Translations under genes and position numbers: made by a program
The notes under the pieces: model-generated
Databases searched by the model: none
The model's input: the letters and a program-made list of their open reading frames with translations, nothing else
What the model was told of the DNA's origin: nothing
Shown here: positions 28,496 through 38,187 of the stretch, piece after piece
Layout of the letters: each line of letters begins with the position of its first letter
Numbering within the stretch: the stretch's first letter is position 1
Virus record (IMG/VR): IMGVR_UViG_2061766007_004328
DNA: 64,000 nt
Source: an uncultured virus (IMG/VR IMGVR_UViG_2061766007_004328)
Lineage: Duplodnaviria; Heunggongvirae; Uroviricota; Caudoviricetes
Strand: one strand, 5' to 3'

Positions 28496-29172
28496 CCAAC
28501 AAGGAGATGGTGGACAAGTGGCTGCTGTCACGCGGAATGGAGCGGACTTCCGGAAACGGCCTCGACCCGGTGATCCCGTTCTTTATGCTTGACATCGCCT
28601 GGAATATGTGGGCGAAGACCGTCCACCCGCTGCCGGTCAAGTTCGAGCTGAAGCGCCTCCGAAACCAGTTCAACGAAACCTACCGGGTGTTCAGCTCCAG
28701 GTTCCTCTCGGCGTTCTCGCTCGACGAATCCATCGAGATAACCGACAAGATGGACGAGTTCGAGCAGTACATCGCCAACGACCTCACGATCACGAGGGTG
28801 CAGGTGATGAACTACCTGACGGAACTGGACTACCAGCACAAGATGGTCTGCGGCTCGCTGATGATCGTCAATATCTTGTGCCAAGCAGCCGACATACTTT
28901 GGAAGGCGGTGTACCGGGGCCTGCGCTCCTGGGAGTCGCACGGGTCGGAGATCGATATGCTGGAGAAGCTCTCCCTGAAGTTTATGAGCGGGTACCATTC
29001 GGCCATCTGCAAGGAGGCGGTCGATCCGAACCGCTGCGACCCCATTGTAGCCGCCGTGTACGCGCTCTGTCATAAGATGACCGCGTGGCTCAACCAAGAG
29101 AAGGAAGTGCCGGAAAATGAGCCAAAAATGGCAATTTTGCCACAAAAAAGCGTTTCAATTTGCAACTCTTAA
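28492..29172 (+). CDS. Hypothetical protein
   Basis: ATGA-coupled ORF. Confidence 0.6.
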   Translation: MTNKEMVDKWLLSRGMERTSGNGLDPVIPFFMLDIAWNMWAKTVHPLPVKFELKRLRNQFNETYRVFSSRFLSAFSLDESIEITDKMDEFEQYIANDLTITRVQVMNYLTELDYQHKMVCGSLMIVNILCQAADILWKAVYRGLRSWESHGSEIDMLEKLSLKFMSGYHSAICKEAVDPNRCDPIVAAVYALCHKMTAWLNQEKEVPENEPKMAILPQKSVSICNS

Positions 29173-29190
29173 AAATTATTATTAACTTTA
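29146..29190 (+). promoter_or_regulatory. Class II palindrome plus promoter
   Basis: AAAAGCGTTTCA-ATT-TGCAACTCTT then TAACTTTA. Confidence 0.55.
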
Positions 29191-29207
29191 CAACACCAAA
29201 CGGAAAA

Positions 29208-29684
29208 ATGAACTTTTACACTTCATACTTCGCAAGGGAAAGGGCGCTGAAGGAGGCGGGTTTAGTCACGATAGGCATTTCGATCTGGCCGCCGAAGTTT
29301 TACGGAGGAATGCACTACCAGAAGCTGGCTCCGAAGGCGTATATGATGAAAAGGGAGATTACTGACGAGGAGTACACGGTGATGTATCGCCGGGATGTTC
29401 TCGGAAGACTGAGGCCGGAGGTCGTAATCCGGGAGATCGAGGAGCTGACGAGGGGACGGGATGCCGCCCTGCTCTGTTTCGAGAAGCCCGGAGAGTTTTG
29501 CCACAGAAGGCTCGTAGCACAGTGGCTGACGGAACAGACCGGACTCGTAGTGGATGAGTGGNNNNNNNNNNNNNNNNNNNNNNNNNNNNNNNNNNNNNNN
29601 NNNNNNNNNNNNNNNGGAAGGCAGAGGAGGAAGAGAAGATCCGGCAAGCGGCGATGGAGCCGACCCTTTTCTGAAAGTGAATAG
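29208..29684 (+). CDS. DUF488-like protein (3' end uncertain, N gap)
   Basis: FYTSYFA..LAP..ALLCFEKPGEFCHRRLVAQWL. Confidence 0.7.
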   Translation: MNFYTSYFARERALKEAGLVTIGISIWPPKFYGGMHYQKLAPKAYMMKREITDEEYTVMYRRDVLGRLRPEVVIREIEELTRGRDAALLCFEKPGEFCHRRLVAQWLTEQTGLVVDEWXXXXXXXXXXXXXXXXXXGRQRRKRRSGKRRWSRPFSESE

Positions 29685-29715
29685 TTGTCCGAAAGACGGA
29701 CTTTGACATATTCAG

Positions 29716-29787
29716 CCGCCGGTAGTTCAATGGATAGAACCCTGTTAATCGTAGCAGGAGATGGTCGTTCGATTCGATCCCGGCGGT
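29716..29787 (+). tRNA. tRNA-like gene (Arg-like D arm) with a non-canonical anticodon loop
   Basis: Acceptor CCGCCGG/CCGGCGG; D arm GTTC-AATGGATA-GAAC; T arm GGTCG-TTCGATT-CGATC; anticodon region CCTGT-TAATCGTA-GCAGG. Confidence 0.6.
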
Positions 29788-29803
29788 CAATTTTTATCTC
29801 GTT

Positions 29804-31255
29804 ATGGCAGGCGGCTTCAATTCCCCGAACATCTTGTTCTTGAACACGTACGACGCTCTCGATAGGAAGTATATCGCGGAGATCGTCCCGAAACTGCAAC
29901 GCGCCGGGTACAACAGATACGTAGAGTTGTACGCCGGCGGTTTTGCTATGCCGTTTGTCGTGGCCTCGCAGGGTATGAAGCCCGAGAATATGGCGTGCTA
30001 CGACATCTCGCTCTATTCGTCCATCCTGGGCTACACGTTCTCCGGGCAAGACCTCCGGCTGCTGGATGTATGCCTCGACGGGGAGCCCATCGAACTGAAC
30101 GGCAAGGATGCCTGCGCGAACGCGGCCATCCTTCTGTATGAGCAGGCGCTGGCCCGGCTGGAGAAGGCCGCGCATATCCATTATTTCAAGATGCTGGTCG
30201 ATAACCTCAAGGCCCGGCGAAAGGAGCATATCGCCTATATCGAAGGGCGCGTCCGCAGGATGGACGAGGCCCTGCACGGCCTGCACTTCGAGCAGCTGTA
30301 CATCTGGGACGCCTTCGCTAAGGAACACGACAGCGAAGGGACGTTCATCTGCAGCAATCCGCCGACCTACAAGGGCGCGTACGAGAAGTTCTTCGACACG
30401 GGTGGACGCATCACGTGGACGGGCGACAGCATCGAGTATGAAATCTGGGAAGGAAAGGTTCATTGCAAGGAGCTGATGGAGCTGGCCGAGGACGCGAAGC
30501 CCCTGGTCTTCCTGCTCCAGCAAGCGGACAAGGGAAAGGCCGCGACCGAGCACCCGGTGTCGTCTCGGTACCTGTCGCTGACGCAGAACGTGTACTACAA
30601 CTCGAACCGGCCGGAGGAGGTCGAGGAGATCAACGGCCTGAAAGGCTCGACGCTCAAGGAAGCCGTGCGGATGAAGTCGAAGTACCCGATTATGCCGTCC
30701 GACTACCTTATAAACCGCGATTCGCAGGTGCGCGTGTTCGTGGAGAAGACCCAGGTGGCGGAATACTACCGCCGGATATGGCTCCATAGGATCAACGGCA
30801 AGGGCGTGTCGTTCAACCTCTGCGTCGTAGTGGATGGCTACCTCGCGGGATTTATCGGACTGGACTTCAATCCGCTGATCCGCTCGTACAACGACGCGAA
30901 GGACTTCTTCATCCTGTCGTACGCCGTCCCTGCACCGAACAACCGGCTCCGTAACGCCCGGCTGCTGGTGCATATCGCCAAGAGCCGGCATATCATCAAT
31001 AAGTGTCTCGTCGGCTCGTCCTACAACCAGTACACGTTCTATCTCGTCCAGGCGAAGCGGATCTGCACCGTGGAGTATTCGCGCTACCACGAGGTGAAGG
31101 GACTGCGTGGCCTGATGAAGATAGAGAGCAAGAAGAAAATCAACGACGAGCTGAACGCGCTGTCGTATTATGGTGACCTGAACGAGAAAACCGAGGCCGA
31201 TGTGCTGAAGGACTTCCTCGATGTTGAAGAACGCTACGCAAATGGAAAAAAATAA
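29804..31255 (+). CDS. Adenine methyltransferase-like protein with an extra C-terminal domain
   Basis: YVELYAGG (SAM motif I-like) and NPPTY (motif IV-like). Confidence 0.55.
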   Translation: MAGGFNSPNILFLNTYDALDRKYIAEIVPKLQRAGYNRYVELYAGGFAMPFVVASQGMKPENMACYDISLYSSILGYTFSGQDLRLLDVCLDGEPIELNGKDACANAAILLYEQALARLEKAAHIHYFKMLVDNLKARRKEHIAYIEGRVRRMDEALHGLHFEQLYIWDAFAKEHDSEGTFICSNPPTYKGAYEKFFDTGGRITWTGDSIEYEIWEGKVHCKELMELAEDAKPLVFLLQQADKGKAATEHPVSSRYLSLTQNVYYNSNRPEEVEEINGLKGSTLKEAVRMKSKYPIMPSDYLINRDSQVRVFVEKTQVAEYYRRIWLHRINGKGVSFNLCVVVDGYLAGFIGLDFNPLIRSYNDAKDFFILSYAVPAPNNRLRNARLLVHIAKSRHIINKCLVGSSYNQYTFYLVQAKRICTVEYSRYHEVKGLRGLMKIESKKKINDELNALSYYGDLNEKTEADVLKDFLDVEERYANGKK

Positions 31256-31988
31256 GAAGATTGCCGATCTCGGCAACGGACTTGAACTTTGGAGTCTCGT
31301 CATCTCCACGCTGAAGGAGCAGGACATCAACGCGCAGGTTATGGACGACCGGCGGATGAAGATCCTGACGTCGAACATCAAGAACCGGGGGGCGCTCGAA
31401 AGCCTCCCGTACGTCTATAAGGACGGTGACACGTTCTCGATCATCAGCGGGCACCACCGCGTAAGGGCCGCGAACGCCGCTGGCCTGAAGACCATCTATG
31501 CGCTCGTAGAGACGAACACCCTCACGAAGTCGCAGATTGTCTCGAAGCAGATCGCACACAACGAGCTTGTCGGCACCGCCGACAGCGAAATTCTCGGGGA
31601 ACTGGTCAAGCAGATGCAGGAAGTGGACGATATCATCGCGTCCGGCCTCCCCGAACAGTTCCTCAATTCAATCAACGCCGAAAGTCCCGTGATGGACTTG
31701 CCCCAACTGGAGTTCGACTGGAGGACGATACAGCTCGTCTTTCTGCCGGAGAAGATGGAAGATTTCCAGACGCTCGTCAAGGCTGTGGAAACGAAGGCCG
31801 AGTATGTCGGAGTTGCCCCCGTCAGCCAGTTCAAGGAGTTCAGCAAGGCGATGGTTGAATTTGGTAAAACGCAGAATATCAAGTCAATAGGCGCAACGAT
31901 TCAGTTCCTCACGGAGCTGGCGCTTGAGGAGGTAGAGAAATGGCACGCAAGTCAAAGTTCAACCCAAAGTACCACATCCCGTGGATAG
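31242..31988 (+). CDS. ParB/Srx N-terminal domain protein
   Basis: EQDINAQVM..IISGHHRVRAA. Confidence 0.75.
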   Translation: MEKNKKIADLGNGLELWSLVISTLKEQDINAQVMDDRRMKILTSNIKNRGALESLPYVYKDGDTFSIISGHHRVRAANAAGLKTIYALVETNTLTKSQIVSKQIAHNELVGTADSEILGELVKQMQEVDDIIASGLPEQFLNSINAESPVMDLPQLEFDWRTIQLVFLPEKMEDFQTLVKAVETKAEYVGVAPVSQFKEFSKAMVEFGKTQNIKSIGATIQFLTELALEEVEKWHASQSSTQSTTSRG

Positions 31989-32425
31989 CAGGTCTCGCAG
32001 CCCGTGGCTACACCATAGAGGATATGGCGGAGGACATTGGCGTGGCCCAATCGACTCTGCATAAGTGGATAAACGAGAACGAAGAATTATCGGAGGCCTT
32101 AAAAAACGGTCGGTCGCTGCCGGACACCATCGTCGAGAACTCGCTGTACAAGCGGGCTACCGGCTATAAGATCACGAAGCGGAAGACCATCATTTCGAGT
32201 GCCGCCAACGGCGAACAGAAGCCGGTACGGGTGGAGGTGTCGGAGGAGGAGATCGCTCCCGATGTCACCGCCGCCATCTTTTGGTTGAAGAACAGACGGC
32301 CCGACCTGTGGCGTGACCGCCAGGATGTCACTATCAATTCCGAGGATTGGGTCGATGCGCTAACGGACGCAGTAAAGGAGTACGACAAAGATGCCGTCGC
32401 TGGTACGAAGGAAGGAGCTGATTAG
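31940..32425 (+). CDS. terS: Terminase small subunit
   Basis: HTH, VENSLYKRATGY, PDVTAAIFWLKNRRPDLWRD; precedes TerL. Confidence 0.75.
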   Translation: MARKSKFNPKYHIPWIAGLAARGYTIEDMAEDIGVAQSTLHKWINENEELSEALKNGRSLPDTIVENSLYKRATGYKITKRKTIISSAANGEQKPVRVEVSEEEIAPDVTAAIFWLKNRRPDLWRDRQDVTINSEDWVDALTDAVKEYDKDAVAGTKEGAD

Positions 32426-33962
32426 GAAGGCCGTTGCGTATTGGCGCAGCGACTGGAACGCCTTCATTCGGGACTGCTTGGGCGCAAGATTGGATTCGGA
32501 ACAGCAGGCCATAGTAAACTCCGTCCAGTACAATCCGCTGACATCTGTATCGAGTGGCACGGCGAGGGGCAAGGATTTCGTTGCCGCCTGCTGTGCTATC
32601 TCGTTTTTATACCTGACGCCGAGGTTCGACCCATCCGGCGCTCTGGTCGAGAACACGAAGGTCGCCCTTACGGCGCCGACGAACCGTCAGGTTCACGACA
32701 TTATGCTGCCGGAGATCAGCCGTCTGATAAGGGCGGCGAGGGCGAAGTTCCCGTTCGCCTGCCCCGGGCGGCTCGTCTCGAACGACATCCGTACGGAATA
32801 TGAGGAGTGGTTCCTGACCGGCTTCAAGTCGGACGACAACACGATGGAGGTGTGGTCGGGTTTCCACGCCGTCCATACGATGTTTGTCGTGACCGAGGGT
32901 TCCGGCATCTCCGAGACGATATTTCAGGGCATTGAGGGTAACCTGCAGGGTGATTCGCGGCTGCTGGTCGTGTTTAACCCGAATATCGTGTCCGGCTACG
33001 CGGCCCGTTCGATGGCCTCAGACCGTTTCTCGCACTTCCGGCTGTCCAGCCTGAACGCCGAGAACGTGGTCAAGAAGGAGTCGCTCATCCCGGGCCAGGT
33101 GGACTACCGCTGGGTGGAGGACAAGGTGAAGATATGGTGCGTCCCGATCCAAGCGGCCGACTTCAACGAAGGAGAGGGTGACTTTTGGTGGGAGGGCCGG
33201 TCGTACCGCCCGAACGACCTGTTCCGCGTCAAGGTGCTGGGTATCTTCCCGAAGGCCGCGTCCGACTGCCTCATTCCGTACGAGTGGGTTTCCATCGCCC
33301 AGGAGAGGTGGAAGAAGAAGGTCGAGGAAATGGGCGAAGACTGGATTCCTGACGTGGATCTCGACCTCGGAGTGGACGTTGCCGGTATGGGCCGGGACAG
33401 CTCGAACCTCTGTCCGCGCTACGGAAACTTCGTGGCGAACTTCGTGGCACATCAGTCCGCTGGCCAGGCCGATCATATGAAGGTCGTGGGGATGACCGTC
33501 AACGAGTTGTACAAGTGTAAGACGAAGAACGCCTGGGCGATGATCGATACCATCGGCGAGGGCGCCGGCGTGTACTCCCGGCTGAAGGAGATGAAGGTCG
33601 AGGGCGCCGTGTCCTGCAAGTTCAGCGAGGGCGCGAAGGATCTGTCCGACATCACCGGGCAGTACAAGTTCGCCAATATGAGGGCGTACCTGCACTGGTG
33701 CGTCCGCGACTGGCTCAATCCGAAGAACAAGACAGGGGCGATGCTGCCGCCGGATGACGATCTGCTTGAAGAGGCCACGGCCATCCGCTGGGAGTTCCGC
33801 AGCGACGGCTCTATTCTGATAGAGAAGAAGGAAGACATCAAGTCGCGCCTGGGTCGTTCGCCGGATAAGTGGGACTCTCTCTGCAACACGTTCTACCCGT
33901 ACAAGGAGAAAGAGACGGCCGGCCTGACCGAAGAGGAGATTTTGGAGGGCTGGGACGGATAG
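32391..33962 (+). CDS. terL: Terminase large subunit
   Basis: SGTARGKD Walker A-like, VVTEGSG, LGVDVAGMGRD nuclease motif, GRSPD. Confidence 0.85.
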   Translation: MPSLVRRKELIRKAVAYWRSDWNAFIRDCLGARLDSEQQAIVNSVQYNPLTSVSSGTARGKDFVAACCAISFLYLTPRFDPSGALVENTKVALTAPTNRQVHDIMLPEISRLIRAARAKFPFACPGRLVSNDIRTEYEEWFLTGFKSDDNTMEVWSGFHAVHTMFVVTEGSGISETIFQGIEGNLQGDSRLLVVFNPNIVSGYAARSMASDRFSHFRLSSLNAENVVKKESLIPGQVDYRWVEDKVKIWCVPIQAADFNEGEGDFWWEGRSYRPNDLFRVKVLGIFPKAASDCLIPYEWVSIAQERWKKKVEEMGEDWIPDVDLDLGVDVAGMGRDSSNLCPRYGNFVANFVAHQSAGQADHMKVVGMTVNELYKCKTKNAWAMIDTIGEGAGVYSRLKEMKVEGAVSCKFSEGAKDLSDITGQYKFANMRAYLHWCVRDWLNPKNKTGAMLPPDDDLLEEATAIRWEFRSDGSILIEKKEDIKSRLGRSPDKWDSLCNTFYPYKEKETAGLTEEEILEGWDG

Positions 33963-34011
33963 GACGGCTATTTCCGTTGCTGATAGTCGATTATCGACTG
34001 ATTGTCGGTTA

Positions 34012-34048
34012 AAAAGCGTTGTATTTTGCAACGCTTTTGTTATATTTG
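34012..34048 (+). promoter_or_regulatory. Class II palindrome plus promoter
   Basis: AAAAGCGTTGTA-TTT-TGCAACGCTTTT-GT-TATATTTG. Confidence 0.75.
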
Positions 34049-34078
34049 CGAAGTCGGTTCCAGTAAAAGTAAGTAAGT

Positions 34079-35497
34079 ATGAAAACCATTGAAGAAATTT
34101 TCGCGGACGGTAACACGCCGGACAAGATTGTCGGTATCCTTACCGGGCAGCAGAAGGACTGCCCGAAATGGGAAGTTCTCGAGCCGTTTTTCGATATGCG
34201 CAAGCACCCCGTGGTGGCAGACCCGACCCGCAGGCCAAAGACCAAGACAAAGGGCGGTCAGCGCGAGGTGCCAGCGAAGCTGCTCTACCCTGCCGAGCAG
34301 ATTGCGGCCCGGCGTATGAACCAGATGGCGTTCTCTATCCCGGTCAAGCGTATCTACAGCAAGCCGCAGAATGATGAGGAGAAAGCGTTCCAGCGCTCAA
34401 TCGAGAAGGTGTACGATGCCGTCCGTATCAACGGCGTCAACGCCAAGCGAATGTATGCCTACTTCGCATCCTGCGAGGTCTGCACGTTCTGGTATGTTGT
34501 CGAGGGTACGGTCGAGCACGAGAAATACGGCTTCAAGACCAAGGACAAGATCCGCTGCCGCAGCTTCTCGCCGATGCCGAAGAAGTTCTCGGGCGTCCGC
34601 CAGGCCGACATCTTCCCGTACTTCGACGATATGGACGACCTGATTGTCCTGAGCGTCCGTTATAAGGACGCGGAGAACGTGGAGCACTTCGACGCCTACA
34701 CTGCCGAGACCGCGTATTATTATGAACGCGGCGGCAATTCCGCTAAGTGGCAGCTGTCTGACGTGCCGAACCCGCTCGGGAAGATTCCGGCGGTTTACTT
34801 GTCGCGGTCGCTCCCTGTGTACTACGGTATCTCCGAAGACCGGGATGACATCGAGTTCACGATCAGCCGCAGCAGCGACAATATCCGCAAGAACTCCACG
34901 CCGATTCTGAAGATCAAGGGCAAGCTGCAGGGTGAGATGCCGGTAGGCGACACCGCTCGTCAGGTGTACCAGCTGGAAAACGACGGCGACCTCGACCTTG
35001 TGTCGCCCGTCCTGACCACCCAGGACGCCAAGACGCACGTCGGTATGCTGAAGGAGATCATCCAAGAGACCACGCAGCTGCCTGACCTGTCGCTGGAGAA
35101 CATCAAGGGTATCGGAGCGCAGAGCGGCGAGGCCCGGAAGACGCTTCTGATGGATCCGCACCTGAAGGTCGGGGACGAGTCGCACGACATCATCTGGGCG
35201 CTCGACCGCGAGTTTGAGATCGTGAAGGCCATTATCTGCGATATGAACCCCGCGTGGAAGCCGTACCAGTACACCACGACCTGCCGTCAGAAGATCACGC
35301 CGTTCATCCAGAACGACCGTACGACCGACATCGACAACTTCTCGAAGGCAAGCGGCGTGCTGATGTCCCAGAAGAGCGCGTTCGAGCAGGCCGACCTGGT
35401 GGAAGACCCCGAAGCCGACTACCAGCAGTACCTTGCAGAGACCGCACAGAAGGCCGAGGCCGAGCGGATGGTGAATGTCTTTGAAGCGGCTGAATAA
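34079..35497 (+). CDS. Portal protein (SPP1 gp6-like)
   Basis: Size and position after TerL; NPLGKIPAVY; TQLPDLSLEN..SGEA. Confidence 0.8.
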   Translation: MKTIEEIFADGNTPDKIVGILTGQQKDCPKWEVLEPFFDMRKHPVVADPTRRPKTKTKGGQREVPAKLLYPAEQIAARRMNQMAFSIPVKRIYSKPQNDEEKAFQRSIEKVYDAVRINGVNAKRMYAYFASCEVCTFWYVVEGTVEHEKYGFKTKDKIRCRSFSPMPKKFSGVRQADIFPYFDDMDDLIVLSVRYKDAENVEHFDAYTAETAYYYERGGNSAKWQLSDVPNPLGKIPAVYLSRSLPVYYGISEDRDDIEFTISRSSDNIRKNSTPILKIKGKLQGEMPVGDTARQVYQLENDGDLDLVSPVLTTQDAKTHVGMLKEIIQETTQLPDLSLENIKGIGAQSGEARKTLLMDPHLKVGDESHDIIWALDREFEIVKAIICDMNPAWKPYQYTTTCRQKITPFIQNDRTTDIDNFSKASGVLMSQKSAFEQADLVEDPEADYQQYLAETAQKAEAERMVNVFEAAE

Positions 35498-37392
35498 TGA
35501 GCGTAGAAGGCAGCTACAAGAAACTGGCCGCTGCCAACCTCTCGCGGATTGAGCAATATGTAGCACGAATCAGGAAGCTGTTCGAGGCCGCTCAGTCCCG
35601 GTTCGCAGACCTGTCCTCCGGGGTGGATTACGATCCGTCCGGGGGGCAGTTCTATTTCTCTGACTATCCCGAGCTGAAGAAGGAAGTGGAGAAGGCCGTC
35701 CGGGGGCTTGCTACGGGTATGCAGCAGGCCATCGTTAGTGCCACCAAGTCCGAGTGGACGAGGGGCACGAAGGATGCGGACGGCATTGTCGATTACGTGA
35801 TGAAGCAGGCTGGCCTCGATTCCCGGTCCGACATTCCGGCCCGCATCGTCGGTCAGAAGTTGAACAACCACGCTTCCGCCCTGGCTGCTTTCGAGAAGCG
35901 GGCCATCGGTGGCCTTCCGCTGTCGCGGAGAGTCTGGAACTATGCCGAACACCAGAAGATCGAGGCGGAGCTGGCCCGTTCCATAGCGAGCGGCTCCAGC
36001 GCAGCTGCGATATCACGCAGCGTCCGTCAGTACCTGAAGGAGCCGGACAAGCTGTTCCGCCGCGTCAGGGACGAGTTCGGCGTCCTACGTCTGTCGAAGA
36101 ACGCCCGGGCTTACACCCCCGGCGAGGGGACGTACCGCAGCAGCTACAAGAACGCGATGCGGCTGGCCCGGACGGAAATCAATATGGCGTACCGCAACGC
36201 GGAGCTGGCCGCATACGCCGACAATGAGCAGGTGGTCGGCATCGAGATCAAGCGCAGCGCGAACCCCTACCCGTGTCCGCTCTGCGAGTCGCTGGCCGGC
36301 CGGTACCCGAAGGACTTCAAGTGGAGCGGATGGCATCCGCACTGCCGCTGCTATATGGTGCCTATCATCGTCACGGAGGACGAGTTCTTCGAGATGCTCG
36401 ACAACGAAGACTATGACCCGACCACCTCAGAGAACTATGTCGGTGACGTGCCGGACGGATTCAAGGAGTGGGTCGGCGACAACTCGCTCCGCATCGAAGA
36501 CGCGCAGCTGCGTGGCGTAGGCCCGTACTTCATCCAAGATAACCCGGAGGTCGTTCAGCGGAACCTTCAGCTGCCGATTGACGAGTGGGGTGAGGTCGCC
36601 CGAACAAAGGGCGGTCTCGAGCTGGGCGAGATAGAGGCCATCCTGGACGATGCGCCGGAGATTGTCACGGAAGATCTGTTTGCCGTGGACGGTGCGTACA
36701 GTACCCAGCGGAAGAAGCTGCACCGGGACATCGTGGCCAAGTATATCGGAGATAACGATTCGGTGTCTGACGTCGTACATATGCTCGGCGGTGCGCCGGC
36801 CAACGGCAAGTCCACGCTCGTTGATAGCGGGCTGCTGAAATTCCCGGAAGGAAGTCTCGTAATCGACGCGGATAAGGTCAAGGCGATGATCCCAGAATAC
36901 AAGGAGATGGTCAGGAGCGGTAGCGATGCCCTGAAGGGAGCCGCCGCCAACTTCGTTCACGAGGAAAGCTCGATGCTGGGCCGCGCCATTCAGGAGAAGG
37001 CGTTCAAAAAGGACATCAGTGTCGTCATCGATGGTGTCAATGACGGTTCCTTCGAGAAGGTCAGGGGCAACGTGGAGCGGATCAAGAGGCTTACCGGCGG
37101 AAAGAGAATCCGGGCGGACTACGTGACGCTCGACACCGACCTTTCGCTCAAGCTGGCTGAGGCCAGGGCGAAGAAGACCGGCCGTCTGGTGCCACACGAT
37201 GTCATCGTCAAGGGGAATACCGGCATCGCGAAGGTCGTTCCGCAGCTGATAGAGAACAAGACCTTCGACGAGCTGTACCTGTGGGACACGAATATCAACG
37301 GGAAGCCGAGACTGATTCTCCGGCAGATTGACGGGAAGCTGGAGATTCTCGACCAGAAACTGTACGACGCGTTCCTCAAGAAAGCGAAATAA
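35497..37392 (+). CDS. MuF-like minor head protein fused to a zeta-toxin-like P-loop kinase
   Basis: RLARTEINMAY, CPLC, WHPHCRC; C-terminal GGAPANGKST, IDADKVK, VHEESS. Confidence 0.8.
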   Translation: MSVEGSYKKLAAANLSRIEQYVARIRKLFEAAQSRFADLSSGVDYDPSGGQFYFSDYPELKKEVEKAVRGLATGMQQAIVSATKSEWTRGTKDADGIVDYVMKQAGLDSRSDIPARIVGQKLNNHASALAAFEKRAIGGLPLSRRVWNYAEHQKIEAELARSIASGSSAAAISRSVRQYLKEPDKLFRRVRDEFGVLRLSKNARAYTPGEGTYRSSYKNAMRLARTEINMAYRNAELAAYADNEQVVGIEIKRSANPYPCPLCESLAGRYPKDFKWSGWHPHCRCYMVPIIVTEDEFFEMLDNEDYDPTTSENYVGDVPDGFKEWVGDNSLRIEDAQLRGVGPYFIQDNPEVVQRNLQLPIDEWGEVARTKGGLELGEIEAILDDAPEIVTEDLFAVDGAYSTQRKKLHRDIVAKYIGDNDSVSDVVHMLGGAPANGKSTLVDSGLLKFPEGSLVIDADKVKAMIPEYKEMVRSGSDALKGAAANFVHEESSMLGRAIQEKAFKKDISVVIDGVNDGSFEKVRGNVERIKRLTGGKRIRADYVTLDTDLSLKLAEARAKKTGRLVPHDVIVKGNTGIAKVVPQLIENKTFDELYLWDTNINGKPRLILRQIDGKLEILDQKLYDAFLKKAK

Positions 37393-37397
37393 TTTGT

Positions 37398-37458
37398 TGT
37401 AAATCATTGTGTATCAACGAAATAAATTTGCATTATTCCGTTAAAATCACTACCTTTA
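37398..37458 (+). promoter_or_regulatory. Class I repeated phage promoter
   Basis: TGTAAATCATTGTGTATCA..TTTGC..TACCTTTA. Confidence 0.65.
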
Positions 37459-37519
37459 TTATGCAATTCTAATACACCAACTACCAGTTGTTGGAAAGAT
37501 AGAGTTCTTTGAAATCCGA

Positions 37520-37715
37520 TAAAAAGCCCCGGCTCGAGGGTCGGGGCAGAGTGGAAGGGAGCACTCGGACATTCTCCCATAACTTAAAAAGCTTCCTGAT
37601 ATGAAAATCCGGTTTTCTATCAGGCTTTGGAAGTTGTCGGTGGTCATTACGCTGACCATCGGTAGCTGATAAGCCGGGGGCGGGTAGCCAAAAGCACATC
37701 GGAGCCCGCCCTTCG
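37520..37715 (-). ncRNA. Candidate antisense RNA covering the 22-aa ORF
   Basis: Minus-strand TTG-N20-TACCTTTG promoter (37721-37751); GCCCCG..CGGGGC-TTTTT terminator (37521-37547). Confidence 0.4.
37601..37669 (+). CDS. 22-aa basic/hydrophobic peptide MKIRFSIRLWKLSVVITLTIGS
   Basis: Translated by hand; A-rich leader; below the ORF track size cutoff. Confidence 0.45.
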   Translation: MKIRFSIRLWKLSVVITLTIGS

Positions 37716-37770
37716 GAAGCCAAAGGTACAAAGAACCATCGGAACAAGCAACAAAAAAGCAAGTAAGTTT

Positions 37771-38187
37771 ATGAGTACGAGAGCACACATCAGAATTAAA
37801 GATGGCAATGGAGTGATAATGCTCTATCATCACAGCGACGGGTATCCGTCTGGAATCGGAAAGGATATCAAGCGGTTCATTGCTGAGAACTACGCCGGCA
37901 TCGATATCTGGGAGGCGGACAGAATCGCTACGGATATCGTTCGGGGATGCATTCGCACTTTGCGCAGCATATGGACCTTCTCTGGCGACTGGAGGAAAGA
38001 GGCAGCGCCGGATATGAACTACGATGTCACCAGTTGTGTCCACGGGGACGAGGAGTATATCTATGTCATTGACTGCGAAGAACGGACGCTGAAATGCTAT
38101 GACAGAAAACTGTCGGATGCTTCCGTGGAAGAAACCTGCGTTCCGGAGCGAGAATGCGAAATCCCGGACGATCGTAACGACAAATGA
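37771..38187 (+). CDS. Hypothetical protein
   Basis: MSTRAHI..LYHHSDGYPSGIG..HGDEEYIYVID; start motif. Confidence 0.7.
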   Translation: MSTRAHIRIKDGNGVIMLYHHSDGYPSGIGKDIKRFIAENYAGIDIWEADRIATDIVRGCIRTLRSIWTFSGDWRKEAAPDMNYDVTSCVHGDEEYIYVIDCEERTLKCYDRKLSDASVEETCVPERECEIPDDRNDK

